Part shown: positions 12,957 to 25,829 of the stretch, piece by piece
Numbering within the stretch: position 1 is the stretch's first letter
Layout: each line of letters starts with the position of its first letter
NCBI GenBank assembly: GCA_053919585.1
Contig: CM132792.1
DNA: 64,000 nt
Reading direction: 5' to 3' (one strand)
From: Euprymna scolopes
Taxonomy: Eukaryota
Made by a program: the position numbers and the translations under genes
Notes under the pieces: generated by a model
The model's database searches: none
Seen by the model: only the letters and a program-made list of their open reading frames with translations
Told to the model about the DNA's origin: nothing

Positions 12957-14255
12957 TTTTTTTTAAATTACATTTTCACCCCAAACTAGCAACGTTACCG
13001 CTTTGATGTAGTTGGCTACTATCAGGGAGATAATCAACACTTGTACTATGTATGGAGTTGGGCATCAAGATATCGGATCACGTTACAATTAAACTTCTAC
13101 ATGTCAGTACAGTTGGGAAGAAGGGACCCGGAAGGAAATTCCAAAATCTAGCGGTTCTGGGGAAGAAACTACTGGTGTAGAAGCCTCTCTTATATCTAAG
13201 GATTTCTTGTGTAAAAGGGTAGAACTTAGCTACTTCTCGGGTTTGTCGTGGGTACTTACGTCGAGGGGGATACAAGTGTTTGCAGTTCGTCAGAGCATTC
13301 ACCGTTAAAGTACTTGTAGAACAGGCAGAGTGATGCAACATTTCGTCGATGGGACACAGGCTGAAGCTTAGATTACAGTTCAGGACTTATCAGATTGGCG
13401 ACTCTCTTTTGAACCTTGTCTAGGAGACAGGGACTAGTAGCAGATGCACCAGCCCAAATATGACAACAATACTTCATGATTGGACAAATCGTTGCTTTAT
13501 ATATACAAGATACTTTCGGGCGTTAGTAGCCTTCTAGTACGGTAGAACCTACCTTCTTCGCAGCGGTCCTGGCAATACACTCAATGTAATTGTTCCAACT
13601 CATGTTTCCTGTGAACGTTAGACCAAGGAGTTTAACAAATATACTTGAAGATAAAGAGGCTTTAGACATTGCTATTAATGGTAGAGAAGGTTTCTTGTTA
13701 TTATTGAAGCAAGCAAGTTTAGTCTCGGCAGCATTGAATGTGACCATTCGTTTTTGTCCCCATTCCACTACAGATCGGAGGCTATCCTCTAGTGTTTTTG
13801 CGATTTCTATACATATGTGTTCATTTGGTTTCCTGTCTTGTCTATTATAGAGCGTGGTGTAATCAGTATATATACTCATCTCAGACAATTTTGTTAGGGA
13901 GGTCATGTATGAATATATTATAATTTAGTATATTAGTAAATTTGGAGAGAAGTGGGGCTATATTGGCGGAGCACTTTTTTAATAGCACAGCCGGGATGAG
14001 ATTCAGTCCACATGTTTTTGCAGTGTCAAGATTTCTTATAGAATATCGTTTTGTTCGGCGTCTTTCCGCAAAGGAAAGTCAGGGAGGGGATAGTTAGTAG
14101 GGTTCAGTGTGAAATTGGAGGCAAACCGATCGGCAAGCGTGTTAGCCTTCTCGCTTGCTGAGCAAACAACCTCATGATTGCCGGATAATGGGAGAATTGT
14201 TGATTGCCCATTATTTACTACACTGCTGTAGTTTTCCAGTTTTAATTCAATATTG
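12957..14255 (-). mobile_element. CR1-type LINE, 5'-truncated, with most of the RT core deleted
   Basis: SIYTDYTTL (degenerate YADD), VEWGQKRMVTFNAAET, KLLGLTFTGNMSWNNYI, YCCHIWAG, SSFFPRTARFWNFLP, then 3'UTR and A-tail at ~12957. The deletion joins PLLSKF (~13940) to the late RT (~13906). Confidence 0.9.
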
Positions 14256-15333
14256 CTTAATGGGAAAATATATAGGTATCTGCAGTTTCTCTTACAATTA
14301 TCGTTTTTTTACATGTCTAATCACATTTCAATTCCTTTTGGCGGATTGATTTTTGCTATTTCTTCTGATGAGTTAAAGCCATAATAGATTCACTAACTGA
14401 TATAATAATAATGTTATTGATCTTGCGCTACGAAACAGATACTGTCAAGAATTGTATAAGTCAACTGAATTAAAGGAATACATTATAATATGGTCAACAT
14501 CATGAATTATGAAATATATTTTTTGCGTTAGATGTATTAGTGTATGTGTGTGTGTGTTATACTTGCTTGTTCCTAGTGATTACCCTCTTCTTTTGTGGAG
14601 AGGTGTGCATCATAATGAACTCTTTTCGGATTAGCAGTACTATAGTATAAGATCAGGAGATATATATTTGGATGTTAACATATGTGTTCCGATGGATTTT
14701 TCCACAGTCGCACTTTTTTTCGAACTAAAAAAAAATTAGTTGTATGTACTAATTTATCGAGATCGCCCACCCCCATGATGAAAAGTTACCTGATCTTCTC
14801 GTTTCCGCAGAATCTCAAAGAAGTTAGTTGCATGTTTCTGTATCTAATTAAGTCGTCACCTTGTGTTTGTTAAATCAGGATAGACGCCTACCAGGTCCTT
14901 TATCATCACGAATTCTCTTGTCGAAATGTGTTCCATCAAGATTCCATTGTACATTCGTGGAACGATCTAATTAGAGAACGATGTTGCGTGTCGTACACTT
15001 AAATTGCTTACCTATTTTCCACTGGCTCAGTAAAGATAAGCACTAGAATTGCGACNNNNNNNNNNNNNNNNNNNNNNNNNNNNNNNNNNNNNNNNNNNNN
15101 NNNNNNNNNNNNNNNNNNNNNNNNNNNNNNNNNNNNNNNNNNNNNNNNNNNNNNNNNNNNNNNNNNNNNNNNNNNNNNNNNNNNNNNNNNNNNNNNNNNN
15201 NNNNNNNNNNNNNNNNNNNNNNCAACGGAGACATTTTTTCTTATAATTCTTTATTTCAATTTTTCAATTTTTCGTATTGTCTTTTTTGTTTCAAAATCAA
15301 AAATATTAATAAAGGATCCATACATGTTGCTGT

Positions 15334-15373
15334 TACGAGCGCTTTCGATTCGTCCATGAATCATCATCAGGTG
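15334..15373 (-). ncRNA. Minimal type-I hammerhead ribozyme core (PLE type)
   Basis: Minus strand: AC-CUGAUGA-U-GAUUC(AUGGAC)GAAUC-GAAA-GCGC-UC-GU. Core intact, 5-bp stem II, palindromic stem III, only a 2-bp stem I. Confidence 0.65.
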
Positions 15374-15683
15374 TTAAAAATACAGGATTGCGAAAATGAG
15401 GATTAAAAATGAAAACTAAAATATATATATTCAGTGATGAGTTAAAATAAAAGTCGATTAAGAATAAAAGTCGATTAAAAATTCGAGTGTTAAAACCAGC
15501 AAGTTCGTAGACACCATGTACGAAGTCCGTCCAACACGGACTACGCAAGACATTTCAGAACGTTACTGCTTTTTTGAAATGCAATGTCATTTATATTAGG
15601 TTGAAGAGTTCTAATGTACGACGCTTCAAGAATCTTTACTTTTTTTACATTATTTTCCCGTTGTATAATATATATATTATATG

Positions 15684-15739
<56 letters not shown>

Positions 15740-16092
15740 CAATTAGTGGCGACTTCTGTACATTTCGAGGGTTTTATGATAGTTATACATACGTATCAGT
15801 ACATTTGCATGAATGTACAAACCCACACGCGAAGAAAATAGGCCTATTAAAGCACTCACAATGATGCATAAACACACGCACGCCTTCTTTAGTAATCATA
15901 ATGGCTTCTTTAAATCACTTTTCAATAAGAAAATATCTGATGAGAGCCTTAAAACAACCCGAAAATCGTAAGAAACGCCACACAAACAAGAAACTGAGCA
16001 TATCAAATAATTAACAAGTATGTAAGAAAAATAAGTGTTTGAAGATTCGGTTTTTCATTAATATTTTACTCGCGTTTGAATCACTGTAACCA

Positions 16093-16151
<59 letters not shown>

Positions 16152-16323
16152 CCACCATATATATGTATATATACCTCAAATATACATTTGTATATATACC
16201 CCAATTAACATCAATATATGTATACATCAATTCACATCAATATATAATATTACTTAATTTTCATCAATATACATATATATATATATATATATTTAAATCA
16301 ATATATATATATATACCTCAATT

Positions 16324-16369
<46 letters not shown>

Positions 16370-16380
<11 letters not shown>

Positions 16381-17126
16381 AAGCTAAATGTGTGTGTGTC
16401 TGGTCAGGAATAGGCTCCTATATGGTTGACTATTTTAAGAAACTGATTACATATAATGATAGAAGATGTATCGAGACACGGGAATGGGTATGTTTGATCT
16501 GTCAGACGGTCGTTCATTAAAGTTGTGTGGTCTGCGTTCGCGCCTGGTTCACAAAGTATCGAAATAAAAAATTTAAAATTAAAAAAAAAAACGTTTACAA
16601 GTTTTTTTTTTATATAGATATACATAAGAATACTTTAATAAGTAAGTTTTAACTTTAATATGGATGGTATAATAAAATTGTGGGCTCTGCGTTCGCGCCT
16701 GGCCTCAATAGAATGGAAATACGCACAAACTTTAATGAATAATTTTTATATCTATCTGCATAAGTATACTTTGATAATTGTGTTTCAGTTTGAATAAATA
16801 TGGTATAATAAAATTATGGGGTGTGTGTTCGCACGTGATTCCATAGAATGGAAATATGTCACAAAGTTTAACACGTTATTTTTTAAATATAGATCCACGG
16901 AATATTGTGGTAAGTGTTTCAGTGTGAACAGGTATGGTATAATAAATTATGAGGTTTATCTATTTTATTTTTACTTTCTTCATATTTTGCTTTGGTTTTG
17001 ATACCCCTAAATTCGAAGCTAACTGTTTACAACCCTTCCTTTTCATAACCTATCATACTTTTATAAATCAGAGTCCATTTTCTGTAGGCTGTTTTTAAAC
17101 CCAGTAAACGACGGCTACTTTTGCTA

Positions 17127-17127
<1 letters not shown>
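16370..17127 (+). mobile_element. Non-autonomous Helitron with three ~140-bp internal tandem repeats
   Basis: 5' TATAATATAAAGC plus (TG)n. Repeats at ~16526, 16679 and 16816 (tgcgttcgcgcctgg..aatggaaata). Degenerate 3' hairpin followed by CTAG|T at 17124-17128. Confidence 0.65.
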
Positions 17128-17170
<43 letters not shown>

Positions 17171-17733
17171 TTATATATAAATATATATATATATATATAA
17201 ATGTATATACATATGAACTTGTATATATAAATATCTATAATATNNNNNNNNNNNNNNNNNNNNNNNNNNNNNNNNNNNNNNNNNNNNNNNNNNNNNNNNN
17301 NNNNNNNNNNNNNNNNNNNNNNNNNNNNNNNNNNNNNNNNNNNNNNNNNNNNNNNNNNNNNNNNNNNNNNNNNNNNNNNNNNNNNNNNNNNNNNNNNNNN
17401 NNNNNNNNNNNNNNNNNNNNNNNNNNNNNNNNNNNNNNNNNNNNNNNNNNNNNNNNNNNNNNNNNNNNNNNNNNNNNNNNNNNNNNNNNNNNNNNNNNNN
17501 NNNNNNNNNNNNNNNNNNNNNNNNNNNNNTAAAGTTTTCAAGAGGAAAGCGACTGTAATCTTAAATATACTATGAATATTAATATTTTTTTTTATTAAAT
17601 CTTACAACATAAAAAGTTAAATACAACGTTAATAGGAAGAAACGCTTTTCGTAAGAAAACCAAATCAAGACTGTAGATTAAACTTTACAAAGAAATGAAT
17701 TGTTTGGCAGAATACTCCACCAAAATGTATTTT

Positions 17734-17796
<63 letters not shown>

Positions 17797-17887
17797 AGCA
17801 AACAGTTAATGAAATATGTTAAAAACACTTTGAAATGAGTTAAAAACATATTTGATCTGAAAAGGATATACTAGATAAATGGATAGT

Positions 17888-17934
17888 CCTTAATCCGCGG
17901 AGTTTCGAAGAAATACTCTCCTTCTCATCAGAGG
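17888..17934 (-). ncRNA. Type-I hammerhead ribozyme (left arm)
   Basis: CCU-CUGAUGA-GAAGGAG(AGUA)UUUCUUC-GAAA-C-UCCGCGGA-U-UA-AGG: 3-bp stem I, 7-bp stem II, palindromic stem III with one C.U mismatch. Confidence 0.65.
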
Positions 17935-18118
17935 GTAGGAAGATCTTACTTGAAAACAAAGATCTTACTTGAAAACAAAATAAGTTATGCAGAGGGAATA
18001 TGGTACCATATTCCCTCTGCTTAACTTAATTTGTTTTCAATAAGATCCTTGACTTATTTGTTGTTTCATCAAATACTTCTGCATGCAAAATCCGATCCTG
18101 CATTTAGTTAATTCCTAC

Positions 18119-18165
18119 CCTCTGATGAGAAGGAAAGTATTTCTTCGAAACTCCGCGGATTAAGA
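18119..18165 (+). ncRNA. Type-I hammerhead ribozyme (right arm)
   Basis: CCU-CUGAUGA-GAAGGAA(AGUA)UUUCUUC-GAAA-C-UCCGCGGA-U-UA-AGA. Confidence 0.6.
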
Positions 18166-18879
18166 TATTATAAGCTATATTTCCTATTTGGTATTATCTA
18201 GCTTTTATATCTGGCTGAGATAATTTTATAAATATTAATTCTTTAATATTTATAATTTACTTTAATTTTACCATCTTGGATCATTTTGGTNNNNNNNNNN
18301 NNNNNNNNNNNNNNNNNNNNNNNNNNNNNNNNNNNNNNNNNNNNNNNNNNNNNNNNNNNNNNNNNNNNNNNNNNNNNNNNNNNNNNNNNNNNNNNNNNNN
18401 NNNNNNNNNNNNNNNNNNNNNNNTTCAAAGGGAACAATATTTACAAATTACGAAAAGGCAACCAAACAATAGGTTGGCAGAACTAGACATGCAGTTTGAT
18501 TCATTACAAGATAAAAAATCTGGAAAGCTGTATAGATTGTCGGCAAAAGGGAACACTACTACGAGCAAATGAAACAAATTAGAAAACAACCAGAGGACAT
18601 ACATGAAATAATGTGAGACAAGGAATAGGAAAAGGTAAACAAACCGATGAGAAAACTAAATGAGGACGTAAACAATTTGAATTAAGAGAAGCTTAAACAA
18701 GGGAAAATAAAATCGAATTTGAACGAACCTTTCGCCTATTCCGAAGACTTAAGCTAAAGGGTGTAAGGAAAGAGTCACTTTGCCCTAGCAAATGAAAAAC
18801 TAAGAAACAACCTGATAACGAATACTGCTTTGAGAAAACAAGAAATATATAATTGTTATAGAAAAAGATTTCTCTACAA

Positions 18880-21670
18880 CTTAAATTACTCTCCTTAGAG
18901 TATACATATGGATTATGTACACAGTATGTCAGCATTCCGTACTTGCGAAATAATAAAGAATAAACTCTTGGTTTTTGATGTTCTTCTCGTAAGTTTGTGT
19001 TTGATAGCTTTCTACCACTTCCTCAGTTGCTGCAATATTTACTCACATGCGAAGGTCTCATATCTAAAGAGTTCCTGCAAAATTTACGCTTTTTTTGCTA
19101 GGACTTCATTTGGTCACAAAACTGCAGGCGTACATGGTAGGAATCCTTCTTTTAGAATTCGAAACCAAGTTTACTAGAAAATTGGGAACATTTTGCAACA
19201 TGGCGATTTGGCGGAAAAGTTTATTCAAATATACTTCTTGGATAATCTGGAAGAGGAACTACATAGGCGGAAATGTGATAGTAAACTCAATAAAATACAT
19301 TTTTCGAAGGTTGACTAAATTATTATGAGAACAATAGCTTAAATTGTCAAATTAAACGAACGTATTTGAGAATTGAAGAGAAGGATTTGGAAGAACATAC
19401 ATTTGTGATGAGGGAAGACCGTAGGCTTAAAGGAAAGCACTCACGGTGATCCAGTGTTCTAACAGCAACGTATTGAGATTAAAATATTCCTGGAGAACGA
19501 ACCGGCAGCAAACTAGGATCTCGTATTGCGTTTTAAAATAATTCATTAAAACTAATCTCCGAACTACATCCTCTGAAGGATACTTTAATGTACCCATCAA
19601 TGTACTACAAGTGTTTTCTATCTTACGACATTTACATGAAAGCATCCAATCGGCGCAAAGTTGCCGAACAACAGTTTTTTCCTACCATTTAATGACTCTG
19701 CGTGGAAATTATTTCATCCGGTAATAAAGGCTATTTATACGGTGGCTGGTTGATATGTACTGAAGATTGAAACTGAACGTTTTCAGTTCCAGAGATGGGA
19801 GCAACAGATTTCATTTATCAGGAGGATTAAGGAGAAGAGATTGATAACGGCAACTTACACAGGGTTTTCTTGATATATTTTTGACTGCAAAAATGGTGTC
19901 ATAGCTTATGTTCGGCAAATGAGTTGTGCGACCACTTCATCACTTTCACGCCGAACTCAAAGTGGGCGGAAAATTTTATTCAAGACAGGACGTTCAGAAT
20001 GGTTCAGATATTTGTGCCAGGGTATTTAGAAATAATCTAACAAAAGTTAATAGACATTATTTAAGAAAAATTGTACAGCAGTGAAGTACAAAATCTAATT
20101 TTGGATGAGATTCAACTGTTCCAGAATCCAAGGTAAATCAGCAGTACCGAAGAGTCCTGGATTATATTAAATCATCGTAGTCCTGAACATTTCCTTCCAA
20201 TTGTACAACTTTCAGTTCATCTTGAAAATAGGCAACGCGTTATTTCAGCTGATACCGCATTGAAATGAGGCCAATCTTGACCGCCTGCCACAACTTTAAC
20301 AACATTTTTCAATACTGCCATTGAGGTGACTTTGCAAGGGGTCTCAAATATTTGGTAGTATCTCTGGTTCACACTTGGAACTAATCAATAAAGAAATGGA
20401 ACAAAAAACATTTGGTGAACAAGTTGCAGGAGCAGAGAATGATTCATTGAAGGTACAGTTCATTGGAAGGATGTATACGATTTGTTTAAGAGCAAGGTAA
20501 ATTTATTTCTTACGCCTGTTGCTTATGATAGCCGTTGGCTCCACTTCGGTTAAGATTTGCGAAAATACAATGGTAAAATTCTTGAAACATTGGAAGCAGC
20601 GTGCCTTAACCAAGGCCTTTAGGAAAATGACCAACGATTGCATCTAAGCATCGATAAAGGCAACTGTTATTCAGCTATTTTCGAATTTACGAAGCCACTT
20701 CGCAATAGTTTTAAGAGCCAATCCACCCTCTTGATCTTTGGACGATATTTCACGATGTAATCTCAGAAGACATTATGCACAGATACAGGCGATAAGTTTA
20801 CAATACAGAAGCTGATTTTGATGGCTGTTTCAAGAAAAAAGTTTATATGGGCGACAAACTACTGGCAATCTATGGGTTCATCGCGCCGAGGCAAGACGGA
20901 GAGGAACGACTTGCAAGATATTATCAACATGAAGTAAAATACAATACTGAAGAGCTCCCCCTTCAACCAGAAAACTTGAAGGAAAAACTGATAGAAGATC
21001 AAAGAACATTTAAAGATCTTTTATTGCAATGTTAGAAGCAAACAATGAGATGAAAAGGAAAACAGCAGCTCCAAGAGTATTATGTTTCTTGATGCTCCAG
21101 GGGGACGACTTTTGTAATCAATATGATCTTGGCAAAGATTAGATTCATGGGAAAGATTCTTCTTTCAGCAGCATCCAATGACATATTATTTCAAGGTCGA
21201 CGCACGTCTCTCAGCACTTTTAATGTGCCTTCAGATACTTGAATTGATCAACTAGCAATCGAAATACTGATAGCTCAACCTTGCCAATATTAATCGAGAC
21301 ACATCAACATTCATTGTAAACGTAGCTCCGATTATACCAATGACACACGCGTGCTTACGAAATAATTAAGCTAACACTGCAAGAAATCACAGGAGCCCAT
21401 GTGAGGCATTCTAATCTTACTTCGTAGTGATATTCGTCAATTTGTCCCAGTGGTTAAAAATGGCACGAGGACAAACAATGTCAATGAAATTTTGAAGCAG
21501 TCTAATCTATGAGGGCACGTTATAATGTAAGAATTAACTACTAATATGAGAGTCTATATTTCTAAGAAACACTGTTGCAGCCCACTTCTCATAATTGCTT
21601 TGCCAAATTGGAAATAGTCAATGTTTAATCACTCCTCTTTCTGACACAATTAAGATTCCAACCGAGCTTT
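18880..21670 (+). mobile_element. Decayed Helitron Rep/PIF1-helicase pseudo-ORF
   Basis: Motifs in the expected order: FARTSFG..PSFRIRNQVY..KFIQIYF; LISELHP..TLMYP; WLVDMY.KIETER; FITFTPNSKW; DICARVF; DEI..ISSTE..SVHLENRQRV; IGRMYT; FLDAPGG; DIRQ..PVV; LTTNMRV. Many stops and deletions. Confidence 0.92.
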
Positions 21671-22009
21671 ATAAATTAAAGCAGCACAAATATAGTGACG
21701 CAATGGGAGAACCCCCACATGAAGTGTAGGGATCAAATATACGACGCAAATATATAAGAGGCAAAGTCATTTAACTTCGATGAACAGACGTCGGGCTGAA
21801 TATTGCGTTTTTCCGATCATTTTTCATTCATTAAAAACAGTCACAGCGAGAAATATAAAATCTCCTGCTGACTTCTGGTAATCAACTGATAAGGCTTTAG
21901 TCCAGACATACATATGAAAACAGATTACAGAAGAAATGACAACCCTACCTTTCCTAAACAGAGATCATCCAACAGGACTCCTAGCCCAAAACACGGTAAA
22001 AGTCTGATA

Positions 22010-22683
22010 TAGCGGGTATTCGCTTACCCTTGCCACTTGTTTTGGAGCGCAACATATCCAGTATCAAAGATTCTCGAATGACACATACTGCCTCGTATTT
22101 TTATTTTCCCCTGTTTCCATGATCTTAATACTCTCACACTCAACTTATTGCAGTCCAGTCAATAAAGCAGACTTTTTCAATATTTCCATATGCAACCGTT
22201 TTAAATTAGCTTTGCCACGCAATTCGACCGGCGCCTTGCTTTGGCGAAAAGTCCAGCCGTTCAAATCTGCATCTGTTCAAGAAAAATTAAAATCAAAAAG
22301 TGCTATAATTCTTTTTCTCTTTCCACGTGCGTACGTGTCGCGTGAGCATGTGTCAATCATAATTCCTCCGCTCCTTTGTACGTGACACGCTATCTTCATG
22401 CTATGGATGCCATTCTTCTATTCTACCTTTTTTCCTCTCGCTCAATGTGCGCGTTACCAGTTTTTTTGTCATCTTCTTTTTCTCTTTTATTTCTATTATT
22501 ACCGCAATTTGCATTGAAATGATCGACACTCGCAAATCTGCCTGACTCAGAAACCATACCTGTACACTCAGAAAGTCACCGACTTTTTGATTTCGAATCC
22601 CACGCTTATGCAAATTTGTAAAGGCCTCGCTTACGACATAGTAGTTCACCTTCCTAGTCAATTCTTTGCGGGCTTCTATTACA
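22010..22683 (-). mobile_element. Decayed Gypsy 5' end: probable LTR start plus gag relic
   Basis: Minus strand begins TGTAATAG at 22683. Downstream it reads ..VELRGKANLKRLHMEILKKSAL..QYVSFENL..NKWQG, resembling the gag of the Gypsy lineage at 61630-64000. Confidence 0.4.
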
Positions 22684-23753
22684 GTGTAATTGTCTTAAAA
22701 TATGATGTCATTAATGAGATATATTTTCAAATCTGACAAACAAGAACATGCATAATTAATTTTAGTTTAATTTTTAACGCTACTACTTATATAGGTTTGA
22801 ATCATGCAAGCATATACCTCATTCTATAACGGCAATTTTGTATAATTTCTTGCTTTCTAATAAGCCAATCCTTATCAGTTGTTAGTGCATGGAAAGATTC
22901 CAAAGTTCTGTGTATGTTTTCTGTTAAGTTTACATATATTAGTTTAAGTTTATATTATTCACTATAATTTATAATGCATAATATATTTAACGAATTCCCT
23001 AAAATATGTATATAAAAGAAGTAAATACTTAACGAGACACAGAATTTGAATAAATTCGGAAAGAACACAATATTGAAGTATTTTTAGTATTGTTTCAGTT
23101 GGTCTGACATAAATTTAAGTAGTATTACGCTACATTTGTATACTGCATTTGATATTAAACAGTTTTTACTGAGTCAAATTATTTCTTTGTTTTTACAATT
23201 AGATATTTTTCAATAACACTAGTGATATTCATAGGTATATGCCCATCAGTTCTACTATTAATAATTGTACAACTGTAGTAGTTCTAATTTATCACATATG
23301 ATTTTTAGTTTTCACTACACCAGTCATCACTGGAACCATCATTTCGTAATCTTCCCTTACCGTGATACATCATAAGTATTTCGTGTGGCCGTTACTAGCT
23401 TCCAGCATTCAAACATAGCTCATTTGCTTGGATAATAACGAGCGATCCCTCTTAAATTCACGTCAACATTTCAATTGGTTGAACGGGCACAATCCCACAT
23501 TCCAGGTCCTTATTTAGCAAATACTAGAGAACGTTTCTTGGTCAAATTCAATGACTCCTTTATTTTATTCATTCAGAATATCAATCCCATTAGATACGCT
23601 GTTCATTTGATCACGCATTACAATATATTCATTACATCTGTACTGCAATATCTGATAATTACACATTAATTTTTGCAAACGTTTTCATTTACGGACTTAG
23701 ATAGAAAGATTTATCCATAAAGAAGGAGAACAAGAGAGACATGGAGAACGCAG

Positions 23754-24363
23754 GCTATACATACTATTTTTGTGTGTGCCAAAGTGTGTGTCTGTGTATG
23801 TGTGTGCGTGTTTGTGTGCTTATTATTATGTTTTTTTGGGTTTTTTTTCGTTTCGCCCTTATCGTATTCGGTAACTCATACATCTGAAATACATTTACCT
23901 AAGTCACCAAGGATATCTCCACGGATTTGTTCACTTTTCGATTCTGGTTTAACATTAACAAACAAGCTTTCCATTTTCCCCTCGACTGTATTTCTCATCT
24001 TTCGGAATTTTATTACTGTTTTGTTAATTTTAAATTGGATATATATTTTCCTACTTTCATTACTGCAGAGTGCAAAGCCTAATGAAATAATAACGGCAAA
24101 GTTAACTATTGTGGACTGTACATATACATTCTTATTTTCAAATGTCATCCCCTCTTTTCCATTGACTAGCCTTAATTGAAACCTCCGACACTTCAAGTTT
24201 GGCAATGGGTGCAACGGCTAAGACATTGCGTTTTTTTCTTTCTTTTTAACGTTCTTTTCTTCCTTTGCAGTAGTGGTTCGAGCCTGCCTGCCTGCCTACT
24301 ACCACATTATTTAGCTCAGCACACACCCTTAGACAGCCGGGCAAGCCCCGGCACCCAGACTAG
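23754..24363 (+). mobile_element. Non-autonomous Helitron
   Basis: 5' CTATACATAC plus (TG)n. 3' GC hairpin gccgggc-aa-gccccggc (24336-24352), then CTAG|T at 24360-24364. Confidence 0.8.
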
Positions 24364-24735
24364 TAAAAAATTAACTGAAAAAAATTAAAACTCTACGGAG
24401 CTTACATCTTCTTCAGAACTATATGCGTGATTATCGCAATAACCTCGAAAACGTGCATAATTATTCAAATAAAACCCGAAATAGAAAGTAAAATTAAAAA
24501 CAGATTAAAAAAAAAATGTTTAATAAAAGGACAAAGAAATAAACCAACGACTGACTACTCCTGAAACAATAGCATTGTTTGTTACTGGAAGTAAAAATAA
24601 ATCGACCATCCTGCAAGTTGGAACGTAGATTTGCCTCCATACTTACTGTCTTAGTGTTTTCGAACTATATTCCGATATATACAAGGATATAATATACATT
24701 ATTTAAACATGAGGACGGTCAGTTTTAATAAAGGA

Positions 24736-25037
24736 TCTAATACATAAACGGTTACACATCTGTCTGTCTGTCTGTCTGTCTCTTAATATATTCAAACTCT
24801 GTTATCCTCCGAAACTAAAAGTCGCAGAGCGACGCTAGAGGCCCCAAAGGATCGGATTTTTTTACAGGCCGTTCATTTATGGGTCTTTGTTTGTAAAAGA
24901 TCAAAAATGGGTGCAAGTTAAAAGAAATCATTAAACATTTAGTAAATTTATCATATTTAGCTGCTAGAGGTTCATGTTTCGATCCTAGCTGATGGCAACT
25001 AAATACATTTTTGTTTTACTTTTAAAATCACGTCTTT

Positions 25038-25103
<66 letters not shown>

Positions 25104-25176
25104 GAAATCTTGACAAATTAAAATATCATATTTAAGCGCATTTTACGCCCAGGGAAAACTGCACCCATCACGTTAG
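24736..25176 (+). mobile_element. Non-autonomous Helitron-like repeat (family of 9100-9503)
   Basis: A|TC start, (TCTG)n near the 5' end, B-box-like GTTTCGATCC, degenerate TTAG|T end. Confidence 0.6.
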
Positions 25177-25394
25177 TTATATATTATGGGTAAGAACTGC
25201 ACGATCTGGTACTGCATACTCTGAATTCTGCAGGAAAATAGGAGTGTTATGCTTATAATTTTATATACACTTACAAACATATATACTAGAAGTCATTGGC
25301 CAAAAATAAATTGCATATTGGCTATACTAAGCGATTGTAGTGAGGCTAATCATTGTAATTTCAGTAAGATATACCGCTTTTTATGAAAATTTCA

Positions 25395-25825
25395 TCTAAT
25401 CTATCTATATATCTATAAAAGTGAACGCATCTGTGTGTATGTGTGTCTGTCTGTGTTCATTTCCCTTAGCAATAACTCTCTCAATCTTTAGTCCACAGAC
25501 TCGAAATTTGACATACAGGGTACTGAGATTTGGGAAAATCCATGCGATCGGTTTTCGGCAAGAAAATGTGCTGCTAAGGGGTCAAAGTTCAACGATTGGA
25601 CCTTTGAGAACTATATTAAACTCCTACGACAATTTTCGGTCTAAACACTTGCAATTTTAGATATAGCTTCCTTGGACATGGATCTAACTTAATAACTCGA
25701 TTTGAACCCAATTTATTTTAAGGGGTCAAAGTAAAACAAATTTACCTTTTTTATTGTTTTTGTTTTTGTTTTTGCTCAGCATACACCTCCAAACCCCCCG
25801 ATATTGCTTAAGTATAAAACACTTA
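25395..25825 (+). mobile_element. Non-autonomous Helitron (family of 32968-33855)
   Basis: A|TCTAATCTATCTATATATCTATAAAA start. Aligns to 32968-33300 and 33800-33850. The 3' hairpin is decayed. Confidence 0.75.
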
Positions 25826-25829
25826 TAAT

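Larger units (their letters stand above)
17888..18165. repeat. Nested palindrome carrying a hammerhead core in each arm
   Basis: Outer arms 17889-17941 and 18112-18164 are near-perfect inverted repeats. Inner arms are centred on GGTACC (18002-18007). A 19-bp tandem duplication agatcttacttgaaaacaa lies in the left half. Confidence 0.95.
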
